The notes beneath the pieces are model-generated. The model was given only the letters and a program-made list of their open reading frames with translations, ran no database searches and was not told the origin of the DNA. Positions 1-12,055 of a DNA stretch of 64,000 nucleotides are shown one piece after another. The first letter of the stretch is position 1, and every line of letters starts with the position of its first letter. The DNA comes from Takakia lepidozioides (lineage: Eukaryota; Plantae; Bryophyta), in the NCBI GenBank assembly GCA_030704615.1, contig CM060731.1, forward strand, positions 48,794,001 through 48,858,000. The letters run 5' to 3'. The position numbers and the translations under genes were made by a program.

Positions 1-243
1 GGTTGGAAGCGCGTGTTTGTCATCAGTGTTAAATTTGGAGAAGCATCTGAAGACCAACACAGGCTACTGTATGCGTTCCAGATCGAGGCGTTCAAGTCCA
101 CTACCACTCCTTCAGCATATTCCGTGGTATGCAAGTGCTATCTCTAATCCTAGCTGCCATTTCTCCAGTTCATTTTCAAGCTGGTCTTGGGCAGATCTTG
201 TTGGAGCCACAGTAAGTTGGGTGTCCGTGTGCGAGGTTACTCG

Positions 244-708
244 TTAGTCCGATCTGTCAACTTCGCGGCAGGGAGCTTTTGCATGAATCACGATGCCACC
301 ACCCATCACATTCCCACTCATGTCACCAGCACCATCAATTGCGTGTAACCATGCAACGTAGCGGTCCCTTAACCAACGCAGCCTGCTCTTCATACTCACT
401 TGCTTTGACTTGGGCTTCGATTGCCCCGACACCCTTCCCTCTCCACCCTGCGCTATTTCTACATTCCCAAGACTTTGATCGGCATCGTTCGTGGCAGGTG
501 GCTCGTAGGGAGCGCTTTCCAGTATGTCAGAGAGATTCGCGTTGCATCTATGCCGCGTCCTGCGTTCTCGAGATGCATTCCTTTTTTCGACATTTCCCGC
601 CATCACATCAACACTATTCGACTTCTCATCTTCTCTATCATAAACTCTGGTTGGTGCATTCATCTTGAGAATGCACCAGGGACAAGGCTCAGTCGTGCCT
701 TGCACCAA
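244..708 (-). CDS. Hypothetical small plant protein
   Basis: 154-aa ORF. The C-terminal RLRWLRDRYVAWLHAIDG resembles the 'LRDAYV' motif of uncharacterised small plant proteins (from memory). Start and exon structure are uncertain. Confidence 0.3.
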   Translation of the reverse strand: MVQGTTEPCPWCILKMNAPTRVYDREDEKSNSVDVMAGNVEKRNASRERRTRHRCNANLSDILESAPYEPPATNDADQSLGNVEIAQGGEGRVSGQSKPKSKQVSMKSRLRWLRDRYVAWLHAIDGAGDMSGNVMGGGIVIHAKAPCREVDRSD

Positions 709-1743
709 AAAACATCCGCTTGAATATGTGTTTCGAAGTTCTGAAGCGGCTCACGCTATGCCTGACTTCAACCACAATACCCAAGTACGCAAGTACTCAC
801 ACAGCGGCTTCGTCAGTAGACATTGCTTCAGTACTTCGCATGATTCAAGTATCGGTCCTAACACGACGCTGTTCACCCTGTACTCTCCAAACAGCCTCAG
901 CAATGATATCTTGTCCTTCCTGGTTGACGGGTTCATATAGCGCACCTCAAGCTGACTTTTTCAACACGGAGAAACGAACTCTGAGACAGGCTGCAGCTTG
1001 TACTCCAAAAGCCCATCTCCCTGTCTTGCCGCAGGAGGTGGGATTGACTTCCAGGAGGAGCAAAGAAAGAAGGAACGGGTCAAAACGTGACGCCATAGCT
1101 GCTCCATAGTCAATAGCTTCAGGGCCATAGCGGCCAAGTGGGCACTTTAAAACCTCCCCTTTTTCTTTAGTCAGTAGGTACGATTCCAGGATTGGACTGC
1201 TCATATCTCATCATCCAAAACGAGACAATTATAGGAGACTACGAGAGCACAAGCACTCATCAGTGTCTCCATCCCATCCTCGCAACGAGCACGCTCTATA
1301 AAAATCCTTGGGACTTCCCAGTGAGATCATGATATCCTCGCCGCTCTGGCACGGCACTCGAATGGCACTTGGAGCTGTTCACCAAAGCAGCGCTTCCGAG
1401 ACTTTTTGTGTATCTACTCTTAGCCGATTCCCAGGAGGGTTACCATGTATGACAATGGGATTCATTTAGTTTATGAGTGGAAAATGCACACATCCCTGTG
1501 AAGTGGACGTTCATGTGGGCCACCACAGCACTCAACCACCGTTGTTCTCAACATGATTCTCATGGTCGAAGTGCAACAATAGTCGGGTTGATTTCCTTTG
1601 TGAAGAAGGATTGTTTGCTCGTTCGAACAATCATGCAGTCTTTTGAAATTACTCATGTGGGTGAATTTCGTTTGAGATGACCATCATTCATAACCAACCT
1701 TTTGACCTTTTCATCTGTTTGCCTTTTAGTAGCAATCTGGGTG

Positions 1744-2041
1744 GGCGCACATTAGAAAAGCCCTGGGAGTTTAATGCGACCCCTTCCGTCCTGCGTGCGT
1801 GGCACCCCCCCCCCACCCCAGCCGCACCCCTTCGCCGGCTCCTGCGCGGCTCGCGGTCGCTGCGCCCCGGCGCCCTCTCGCCAGCCCACCCCTCACGCCC
1901 CCATCCCCCTGCCCCCCGCCATCCCCCTCCCCGCCCGCCCGCCCTCCCCGCCCCCCGCCCGCCGGCCGTCACCACACCACATGAACTTTGTGGCACATGA
2001 CACCTATCACCACAACCCAACATCGCGCGCAGGACACATCG
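1744..2041 (+). repeat. Left terminal inverted repeat of the MULE (C-rich)
   Basis: Inverted match to 21013-21282, from GGCGCACATTAG to ...GGACACATCG. Confidence 0.93.
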
Positions 2042-2419
2042 TGAGTCGAAAACATGGATCCATACATGGCAGATGACACATACATGATGGTCACGAAAGT
2101 AACATGATGACCATCACGAAAGTCACATTATGACCATAGGCGTGAAGCCCTCACATATGCATGCATAAACAAGGTTGTACATGTTCAAATTTCAAAATTC
2201 AAATTTGAAATTTAGTATTATTTTATGGATTGGGTCTACTTCTAGGATTTAGGATGGATGTATGTAGGTACGGATGGATGAGACCAAGAAGTATGTGTAA
2301 TGAGAGGCAACCTCCAATCGTCACCTTCCTTTCATGGTCCTCTCAAACTGTTCTGACCACGAAAGCACAACGTGCAGCCAGTACCAGCCGTGCCTCAGGT
2401 CCCTGAATTGCGCCACGAT

Positions 2420-3613
2420 ATGTCTGTTGCCGAGAATGAAGATAATATTGCAACCCATCTTGTTTTGCTGCTTCGAAACCAAGTTCAAATGCCCAATGTA
2501 GGTGCTTTTAACCAGCATGTACTGCAGTGGCGTTTCCAATGGCATGGCAAGCCTCCTGGCCAAAACTCTGTTGAAGTCGCCTACATTCCCTAGAATCGAG
2601 TTGCTGATTTCATTACAGGGGAGTCTTCCCGTTCAGATGGCCCATGCACTTTCAGCAGGCATCAGCAAAGATGCCATCCGGAGGGGTCTCTCTCAGCTCC
2701 TCGCAGCAACAGTGCCAGGACTACAACAAGGTACATTGGGCTACAGGTCATGTGTTGCAAGGGCTACTGAATGATTTCCATGAATGTCCGAGTGCCTGAA
2801 TCCCCTTGGTGTCATAGTAACGGATTGTTTTTTTGTTATTGTAGGTATCACTGCTCATATGGTCCACAGGACAGAACTAGTTCCCTCTTGGAGGTTACCC
2901 CTGCAATGGCACACAAGAAACGCCGAGTGAAGCCTGCAAAGAAGAAGGGGAGGAAGCCAAGAGCCACGGCCGCTTCCACTGAAGCAAAGCCAAAACAAAT
3001 GAGGACCACACAAACAAAATCGGGGGAAGGCATCAAGAGGGGATGCATGTGCAGGTTTGTAGTGAAGCAATGCTATGTGGACCCTGATATTGTAGAGCTG
3101 GTCTATTATGAAAAGAGACATGTGAATGGGGCTGGACAGGTCTTCCATGGACCTGCGCATCAAGTAGGTCGCGTTTCATTAGCTCCCCACCTGAGAGATG
3201 AGATGAAATCATGGGTGTTACACAACCTCCGTCTCGGACTAAGCATCAACAAGATAATGGCCAAGCACACGCAGAAGGTGAGGGAAATCATGGATGGGGG
3301 GTTCGAGGTTACTCGTGACACCTTCCTTCTTTCAAATGACATCCGAAATATTGCCAACAAGTGCGATGAAGAAACATTCAAAAAGCACTCCAATGATGCA
3401 CAAAGTGTCCGAATGTGGGTGCATGAAAACCCAGGAAGCATTTTCTACTACCAGGAAGAGTCTAATCACCCTGCTTGGACGTTGAATGACAGAAAACTCG
3501 ACCTTCCATTTGTGCTTGGCATACAAACTGATTGGCAGAGAAAACAGATGCTCAAACACGGCCATCGTCGCATAGTTGCTTGTGATGCAACCTTTGGAAC
3601 GAATGAAAAGAAG
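2420..3613 (+). pseudogene. MULE/SWIM-family transposase, N-terminal half (premature stop, truncated)
   Basis: Exon 2420-2730 has an in-frame TAG at 2591-2593, followed by a GT-AG intron at 2731-2844 and exon 2845-3613. Motifs VAYIP..VADFITGES, CSYGPQD, KRGCMCRFVVK, PFVLGIQTDWQ and ACDATFGTN (first catalytic D) match the At4g13970/At1g60560-like MULE family as I recall it. The remaining DDE and SWIM exons were not found. Confidence 0.85.
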
Positions 3614-5249
3614 GTTCGTCAGATTGTTAACCCAAATTTCTTGAAAGCATGACAAATTACGTTCTTCGTGTGAAGTACTCTGTTTTGCAACCATTTCCTT
3701 TGCATTTGAAGAAGGTCTCCTGATTCAAAATACCTACTGAACTACAGTGACCCAAACCAAAGATCCAAACTCCTAGCAAGTTGAACTACATCCCAACTCA
3801 CATGTAAGAGTTTGATGAGGCTACAAACCGAAAGAGAATGAGCCCTGTATCTGATGCTATTGTTATGATGGTCTCCAATACTAGAAAGTCGCCTCTTCAA
3901 GGCAACAATACGCAGAGCTCGGTTTAAAACCCGCTGAGGCGGTTCAGAGTGTGTCCTGAACCCTAAACCTCAATGAAAAGCAACATACCTCGTTGGCAGG
4001 CTGAAAAGATGCATTGGTCTTCCTCACCGTCTCCTGCAGATCACATGTATTAGCCACAATATTTAAGATCCAAAGAACTTCACCACCCCCTCATAGTTCA
4101 CCATCCCATTTCCATGCACACACAAATTTGAAAAGACATGTTCAGTCGGAAGGTCTGCTTCAGATTATCCCTACATAGACCAGCCTCATTTCCCATTAAC
4201 TCAGCATACACCCCATGGAAATGACAGACCTGAAGTTCAGAACCAGGAGAAAGACATGGCTACTCGGGAAATTACCCACCCGTGCCCCAAGATTCCAGGA
4301 CCAGGAAGAGGTTGTACACCGGCTGAAGGACTTCAGGTAAGCCAACATAGGGAGGTCTCATGGATCACCAACAGTGCAGCTGCAAAACAGCCTAACACCG
4401 TTGTACTCAGGTCAAAGATTCCTATGTGCTCCTAACGAAGGTTGGGGGCCACATGCTTTGGGCCTGGACCCTTCGAAGGAGAACGAGTGTTTTCATATTT
4501 TTACCTTGTTTCAATGGGTAGATGAAGGTTGGGACTGCATTAAACTGCTGGACGAACTTCCTTCCCCCATCATTCGCAAGCTTCAGAAGGGTTGCAGACC
4601 TGAAAGACCTTGGACCAGGGCTGGTGACATTTGTCTAACTATTGAGGATGGAGTGATGCATGTCATGTTTGCTTCCTTCATGCATTTGCGGAAGAACTCA
4701 TCCTCGCTGTTTTTGCGTGTCTTGCCGCATTGGGGGAGCAATCACTTCCACCACTCAGTCTTCTTCTTTCGGTGGGATATGAGAGTGTGTGTTTGGAAAG
4801 AGAGAATGATTAGGCAAGAGGTTCAGGTGCCTAATTATGAGTGGAATTTCAAAGATGTTGACTAGTTAATAGCATCTTGAACCTCTTTCACTAGCATCAC
4901 ATAGTTTGCCTCTTTTCTACGTTTGTGTGACCCTTCAGGGTGGAATTCTGGAAGCATGTGATGTTTGCTTGAACAATGTAGATGCCAAAAAACAGATTGT
5001 CACAACAATCTTTCCATGTATTCATGTCCAAAGTGTACTCCCGGCATTCATGGTTTTCATTTTGCTTTCACATGGTTTGAAGGTTCTCCCACCTTACTTG
5101 CACATGCACGGGTTCATGCACTTGCATATGTTCTAAAGTAGGTGCAGCAAGTGGAGTTGAAAGTGAATGACACATGCTGGGAGTTGTTGGAATCACTCAG
5201 TGTTGGGGTTTTGTCATCAGTGAGCAACCCTATTCAGGACCATACTCCT

Positions 5250-5930
5250 GACACCTCTGTTCACCAACATTGAAAATCAGGAGGCTTAGCCTAAAGCCCT
5301 GCTCCCCTTGGGGTATACAACAGATGGATGCTTGTGCGGAGGGATTTCTGCAGGAAATCTGGAAAGCTTGAACAATTTCCTGAACCAATTTTATATACCA
5401 ACGTAAGTCTCAGTACTGGATTAACCCCTCACAAATGTAGGTGTATCGCCTCTTCTGTTGCCCAACCATGGATGCGGGGTCTATGGCCACGACGCTATGG
5501 CAAACAACGTCTCGTGAGTACTCAGGACCAGCAAGAACATAGTCTCTCCCTACGCCTCTGTTCACCAACTTTCAACCACTTTCACAAACTTTGTCGAGGC
5601 TGAGCCTAAAGCCCTGGCCATGTTGGGGTCTGATTGCTGGGCAAGTCATACTCAGCAGATTCATGCATGTGTGAAGGACTTTCTAGAGGAATGAAGGAAA
5701 GCCTGAACAATGTCGAACATAGTCTCTCCCTACAGCTCTGTCACCAACTTTCAAGAGGTTTAAGAAACTGCGATCCTTCCTGAGTCTAAAACCCTGGCCA
5801 TGTGGGGGTATGATTGTTGGGCATGTCACCCTCAGCAGGTTGATGCATGTGTGAAGGACTTTGTAGAGGAACGAAGCGAAGGTTCAACAATCTCCTGAAC
5901 CAATTTTGTATACCAACATAAGTCCCACTT
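5250..5930 (+). repeat. Internal degenerate repeat array of the MULE (continues at 13240-13530)
   Basis: Recurring modules ..CCCTGGCCATGT(T/G)GGGGT.., ..TGCATGTGTGAAGGACTTT.TAGAGGAA.. and TCCTGAACCAATTTT(A/G)TATACCAAC(G/A)TAAGTC (~5378, ~5893, ~13317). Confidence 0.8.
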
Positions 5931-7109
5931 CTTGTGCCCTTCGAATGGATGCGAGAATGGATGGAGCAGCCCAAATTTCCAAGAGGGGGGGTGACAAATG
6001 ATGTGGTGTCTGTGTGGGTGTGAAGCAGTGGGAGCTGTGGGGCCAGCGATACAGCATTGGGAGGGGATCATGGGCTTGCCCCAGGCAAGAAGGCCATGCA
6101 ACCAATTTAGCTACCACATGACCACTGGTTGAAACAGGTAGTTAGTAGAGAGAGAGAGTGAGAAGGAGAGTACAGATACATAAGCTAGAGGTGTTGTGGA
6201 ACGTGGGTGGGTGGTTGAATGTGTGGGCAGCAACGTCCAACACTACAACAGATGAGTGTTTTTATGACTGCACATATGACTATTTTTTCAGTCCTATATG
6301 CGTTCATGACTACATCACTCTGTAGTGAAAAAAGCCCTATCATAGCGACTAGTCTTTAGCACTGCATTTTGCAAGTCATAGCCGTGACTGCATGCGTGGC
6401 ACTTGGAGTCATGCATAAGAGAGTGATGTATTTACAACTCTATGACTTACATACGACTAACTATATGACTACATTGTCTGATGAGCGTTGCCTACATGGA
6501 GAGGCTTTAGAGGAACACGTGCACCACTGCGCAAGCAACACGTCACGACACCTGTTGCACTTCAGATGTGACATGTGGCACTTAGACATAATATATGACT
6601 AGCATATATGGCAGGGTTTATGCCACATGTCATCAAGAATGTCTCTGAAAATAATTTAATAGTTATATTTGTAATTTTAAATTCTTAAATTTTTATTTTA
6701 TTTTTGAAAACAAGGGATAGCAGCTTGGAAATTTTTATTAAATGGTATTATTGTTTAATTTAATAATGTTATATAAAATAAAAATAGATTAAATGATTTA
6801 AATTCTTCATTACATGGTGAAATTCTGATATAAAAAAAGAATGGACCCCTCTTGCATACTAGCAACCACAAGGACATTCAAAATAGACGAGTTCACGGGA
6901 ATACACGCCGTATAAATTATATTACAAAAATCCAAATGAGACCAATGTCCCAATGGACACCTCAAAGGCCACAATGTCCAAAAATCCACGCCTGAAAAGG
7001 TCCAGTAAGCAAAAAATAAGCAAGCCCACACATGGGCTGAATTGTTGTAATATTAGTTTGTTCTGGTGCTACTAGAATCAAGGACCCTGTTAAACAGTGC
7101 AATACTTAC

Positions 7110-10100
7110 GGCCGATTTGATAAGAGGGAAAAACAGGGTGAAATGTGTTGAAGAAGGTGCCTTGATTAACAGTGCCTGATTTGATCAATTGTGTCGCTGC
7201 TGCTGCGGCTTCCAGTTGACCATCTACCCATGCAAGTTTCTTGTACCTATCCTTCCACAGGGAATCATAGGTAATATGGAGCTTGAAATCCGGCCCTCTT
7301 GGATGAATCTGGACCCACACATCTATCCCTGATCCTTCAGCTATCCATTCCCTTGCACAAATCATGCATACATCCTCGCCTTGCTGCTAGCAGCTGACAA
7401 TGACAACCTAGAATTGCTTGAGCAAACACCCCAACCCTACTTATCACACTAGTTCCTATGCTGACTTGCGTCTGCTTCCAACAGGCATTCACCTTTTGCC
7501 TCGATTGTTCCATCATTGACTGAGGTCGGGAACGTATTCATCCTAGAGCTTCTCCTCGAGTCTCTGTTATCTATTTTTCGATACTTTCCTGTCGACCACA
7601 TTGGCAGTAACATGTCAAAATCACTCCAAAACTATCATAGATCCACCAACGAGCTAACTTGCAGAATTCAACATTAAAATTTAGGGACGACTCTGATAGC
7701 AGGGGAAAACAAGGTGAAATATGTTGAAGAAGGTACCTTCATTAGCAGCGCCTTGTTTTATGAATTGTGCTGTTGCCGCTGTTGTTTCTAGTTGACCATC
7801 TACCCACTTATAGCCGCTGTGAGCTATTGAAGAAGGTGCCCCCTTCCCCCATCATTTGATCATATGTCTCCATACCATGTCCCTGCTCTGCATATCCTAC
7901 AAGCATCGCGTTCCATGACACCACATCTCGTTCAGCCATAGTGTTGAAAACTCCCTTCGCATCCTTAATGCACCCACATTTCGCATACATGTCCACCAGG
8001 GTAGTGTTCAGAATGACATCTGGTACAATTCCAGCTTTGATGGTGTCACCATGGACCTCTTTCCCCTTTTCCAGAGGTCCCAGGCTTGCACACGCATTGC
8101 AAACACAAACAAACGTGATGTGGTTGGGCTTCACCCCTTCGCGCAGCATTTGCTCATAGGTCTCCAAAGCATTCGTACCACACCCATGCTTGGTAAATCC
8201 TGCCAACATTATATTCCACGTTATCAAAGATCATTTAGACATTCTGTTGAAAACTTCGTGAGCATGCATGCATGATGCTCCTGCACTTAACATACATGTT
8301 TGCTTCTGCACCCACATTTTGCATAGATGTCCACCAGGGTATTGTTCAAAATGGCATTTGGTACAATTCCAGCCCTGATGATGTCGCCATGGACCTCTTT
8401 GCAAGCCCTTTTCCAGAGCGACCATGGCTGTGTTCAGAATGACATTTGGCACAATTCCAGCTTTGATGATGTCACCATTCACCTCTTTGCCCTTTTCCAG
8501 GGCTGCCAAGCTTGCACAAGCATTGCGAGTGCACACAAACGTGATGTGGTCGGCCTTCACCCCTTCGCACATCATTTGCTCATACGTCTCCAAAGCCTCC
8601 ATCTCGCGCCCCTGTTGTGCATTCACTGCGAGCATCGCACTCCACGACACCACATTTCATTCAGCCATATTGTTGATCACTCCCTTTGCATCCTTGATGC
8701 TCCCACATTTGGCATATAAGTCCACCAGGGCAGTGTTCAGGATCACATTTGGTATGATTCCAGCTCTGACGATGTCGCCATGCACCTCTTTGCCCTTTTC
8801 CAGGGCTACTAGGCTTGCACACGCACTGCAAACGCACACAAACGTGATGTGGTCGAGCTTCATCCCTTCACACATCATTTGCTCATACGTCTCCAAAGCC
8901 TCCATCCCGCGCCCCTGCTGTATATACCCTGCGAGCATCGCACTCCACGACACCACATTTCGTTCAGCCATATTGTTGAACACTCCCTTTGCATCCTCGA
9001 TGCTCCCACATTTGGCATACATGTCCACCAGGGCAGTGTTCAGGATCACATCTGGTACGATTCCAGCTCTGACAATGTCACCATGCACCTCTTTGCCCTT
9101 TTCCAGAGTTGCCAGGCTTGCACACGCACTGCAAACGCACACAAACGTGATGTGGTCGGGCTTCATCCCTTCACACATCATTTGCTCATACGTCTCCAAA
9201 GCCTCCATCCCGCGCCCCTGCTGTATACCCTGCGAGCATCACATTCCACGACACCACATTTTGTTCAGCCATATTGTTGAACACTCCCTTTGCATCCTCG
9301 ATGCTCCCACATTTGGCATACATGTCCACCAGGGCAGTGTTCAGGATCACATTTGGTACGATTCCAACACTGACGATGTCACCATGCACCTCTTTGCCCT
9401 TTTCCAGGGCTGCCAGGCTTGCACACGCACTGCAAACGCACACAAACGTGATGTGGTCGGGCTTCATCCCTTCCCCCATCATTTGCTCATAGGTCTCCAA
9501 AGCATTCCTACCACACCCATGCTTGGTAAATCCTCCCAACATTATATTCCACGTGTTCAAAGATCATTGAGGCATTTTGTTGAATACTTGGTGAGCATCC
9601 ATGATGCTCCCGCACTTAACATACATGTTGACAAGGGTGTTGAGGAGAAAAACATTTGGCGTGAATCCACTTTGGATAATGTGAGTTTGCACCTATTTTT
9701 CAGCTTCCAGGCCTTTCACCTTGATGCACTTATGCAAGAGACAGACATACGTTTCTGAATCTACTGAAATGCCTCCTTGGTTTAAAGTCTGTAGAGCCTC
9801 TGTCAGTCTGCCTGCCTCACAAAGCATCTTCACATGCCCATAAGTGCCAGAAGAGACATTGTGGACTCCCTCTCTTGATCCGCTTCCAGAAGCTGTGGTC
9901 ACGGTTGAGGTGCCTGGTTTTATCAACTGTGCCGCTGCAGCTGCTGCCTTCAGTTGACCATCTACCCATGCAGGTTTCTTGTGGCTATTGATCCACAGGG
10001 AATCATAGGTAATTTTGTGCTTGAAATCTGCCCCTCTTGGAAGAATCTGTACCCACTCTCTATCCCTGCTTCTTCAGCTATCCATGCGTCTGCACAAATC

Positions 10101-12055
10101 ATGCATTCATCCTTGCCTTGCTGCTAGCAGCTGACAATAACAGCCTAGACACCCAACTCAGCTTATGACCCTAGTTCCTATGTTGAATTGCATCGTTACT
10201 CTCTGTAATCTAACATACATTCACCTTTTTGCCTCGATTGTCTCACCATTAACTGGGGTCACAAAAGTATCCATTCCACAGCTTCTCCTCATCTCTGTTA
10301 CATACTTTCCTGTTGTCACATTGGCAGTATCATGTCAAACTTGCTGCAAACTAGATTCACTCAACCAGCTAACGTGCAGAATTCAACATGGAAATTTAGG
10401 GCCGATTCTGTGATTGGAAAGAGAACCCAGAGGGATGGAATGGAAGCAGCAACATAGGTGTGTCTCTGATGCATCAACAGACAGCGGTCAGACCAAGTTC
10501 TATGACCCAAACCCAGAGTGAGCACAATGGCTTTGTAAGGCCAATGCCTACAGGGCATATTCAATACTACAATGAGGATACGCAAGCAACAGATACCATG
10601 TGCAAATAAAAAAACAACAAAGGTGATGAAGGTGCGCAACCTGCCAAAGAGAGGGCGGAGTTGAGGAAGGATGAAGCAACTACAGACATTGGGAAATGCT
10701 CTGATGCGGGCAGAAGGGAAGACCCAGGCCCTGTCGGGGTTCAGCTGGCAGAAGAACAAGCTGCTGACAGCAACAACATGGAAGCAGAGTGGATACAAGT
10801 TGATTTTGACAAACCTAAGTCCATCAGACAAGGCATCAGAAGGCCCAAACAAAGAACACTGTGCAATATCTGTAATAACATGAGACACAGTCATCACGTC
10901 ACACGCTAACCCAACATGGGTCTTGGCAAACTTTCAGCAAAGCTGAATCAATCACAGAAGCAAAAAAAGGGGCAGGACCTCAAGGGAAGATGTATGGAGT
11001 ACCTTTTGCAGTGATCAATGAGTACGTGGAAGGAGGAGAAGCTTACCCATTGCCAAGCACGGAGTACATGATGCAACCAACAGCACAAGTATCATGTCAG
11101 TTCACTCATAATGAGCTGGAGGCACTGGATAAGTTGGACGAGATATACCATATAAGTGATCACACTCCAATAAGACTACAACAACACCCCACATCAACAT
11201 GTTGACACGGGGAAGTGCAAAGAAGGCCAAAATATGGGATGGGATGCCTATTCTGCAGAAATCCAGCCAAGACATCAAGGATTTAGGGAAAAAACATGGA
11301 TTTGGTGAAGAAGAATGCATTGGCATGGACAATATCTACAGCTCAGCAAGGTTTGAGCGCCAACCAGAGATATTCATGGGAGAGGGTGACAAAAGTGAGG
11401 AAGAAGCCAAAACACAAAGCCTTGACGCATTCACTGAAGACTGGGCAGACAAACAGATAAGAGAAGACAGCTCACAAGAAACGGATAAGAGGGAAAAACA
11501 GGGTGAAATGTGCTGAAGGAGGTGCCTTCAGTAGAAGTGCCTGACCTTATCAATTGTGCCGCTGCTGCTGCCGCTTCCAGTTGACCATCTACCCATGTAG
11601 GTTTCTTGTAGCTATCCTTCCACAGGGAATCATAGGTAATGTGGAGCTTGAAATCCAGCCCTCTTGGATGAATCTGGACCCACACTCTATCCCTGCTCCT
11701 TCAGCTATCCATGCCTCTGACAGCCTAGAATTCTACCAGCAAACACCCCAACCCTATTTATCACAATCTGAAATGCATCTGTTTCTCTCTGTAGTCCAAC
11801 AGGCATTCGCCTTTTTGTCTCCATTGTCCCACCATTGACTGGGGTCGGAAAGTGTTCACCCCAAAGCTTCTCCTCACCTCTATTATATGTTTTTGGATAC
11901 TTCCCTGCTGCCACACTGGCAGTAACTTGCCAAAGTCACTCCAAACCACCACAGATCTACCCAACGACCTAACTTACAGAATTCAATATGCATCTTGCGG
12001 CCGAGTTTGATGAGAGGGCAACACAGGCTGAAATAGGTTGAAGAAGAAGGTGCCC
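7110..12055. repeat. ~570-bp repeat unit flanking the PPR array: copies at ~7110-7685, 7686-7806 (partial), ~9910-10410 and ~11485-12055
   Basis: Shared blocks GAAGAAGGTGCC, GCTGCTGC..CAGTTGACCATCTACCCA, CCACAGGGAATCATAGGTAAT and CAGAATTCAA. Confidence 0.85.
7808..9926 (-). pseudogene. PLS-class pentatricopeptide repeat (PPR) gene, degenerate, no E/DYW domain
   Basis: Canonical P-L-S triplets (VVSWSAMLAGY / HITFVCVCSACASL / VILNTALVDMYAKCGSIEDAKGVF) in ~303-bp near-identical units. There is a 2-bp deletion near 9225, a CGA>TGA stop at 8657-8659 and a partial duplication at ~8310-8420. The 3' end is fused to the flanking repeat. Confidence 0.93.

Noticed and set aside
1677-2076. Pro/Arg/Gly-rich ORFs (also 21008-21310)
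   Set aside because: Translation artefacts of the GC-rich TIRs.
8424-9758. 444-aa plus-strand ORF
   Set aside because: Antisense shadow of the repetitive PPR array.
10661-11516. Possible LINE ORF1-like fragment (CNICNNMRH) inside the CACTA
   Set aside because: The knuckle is incomplete and no other diagnostic motif is present.
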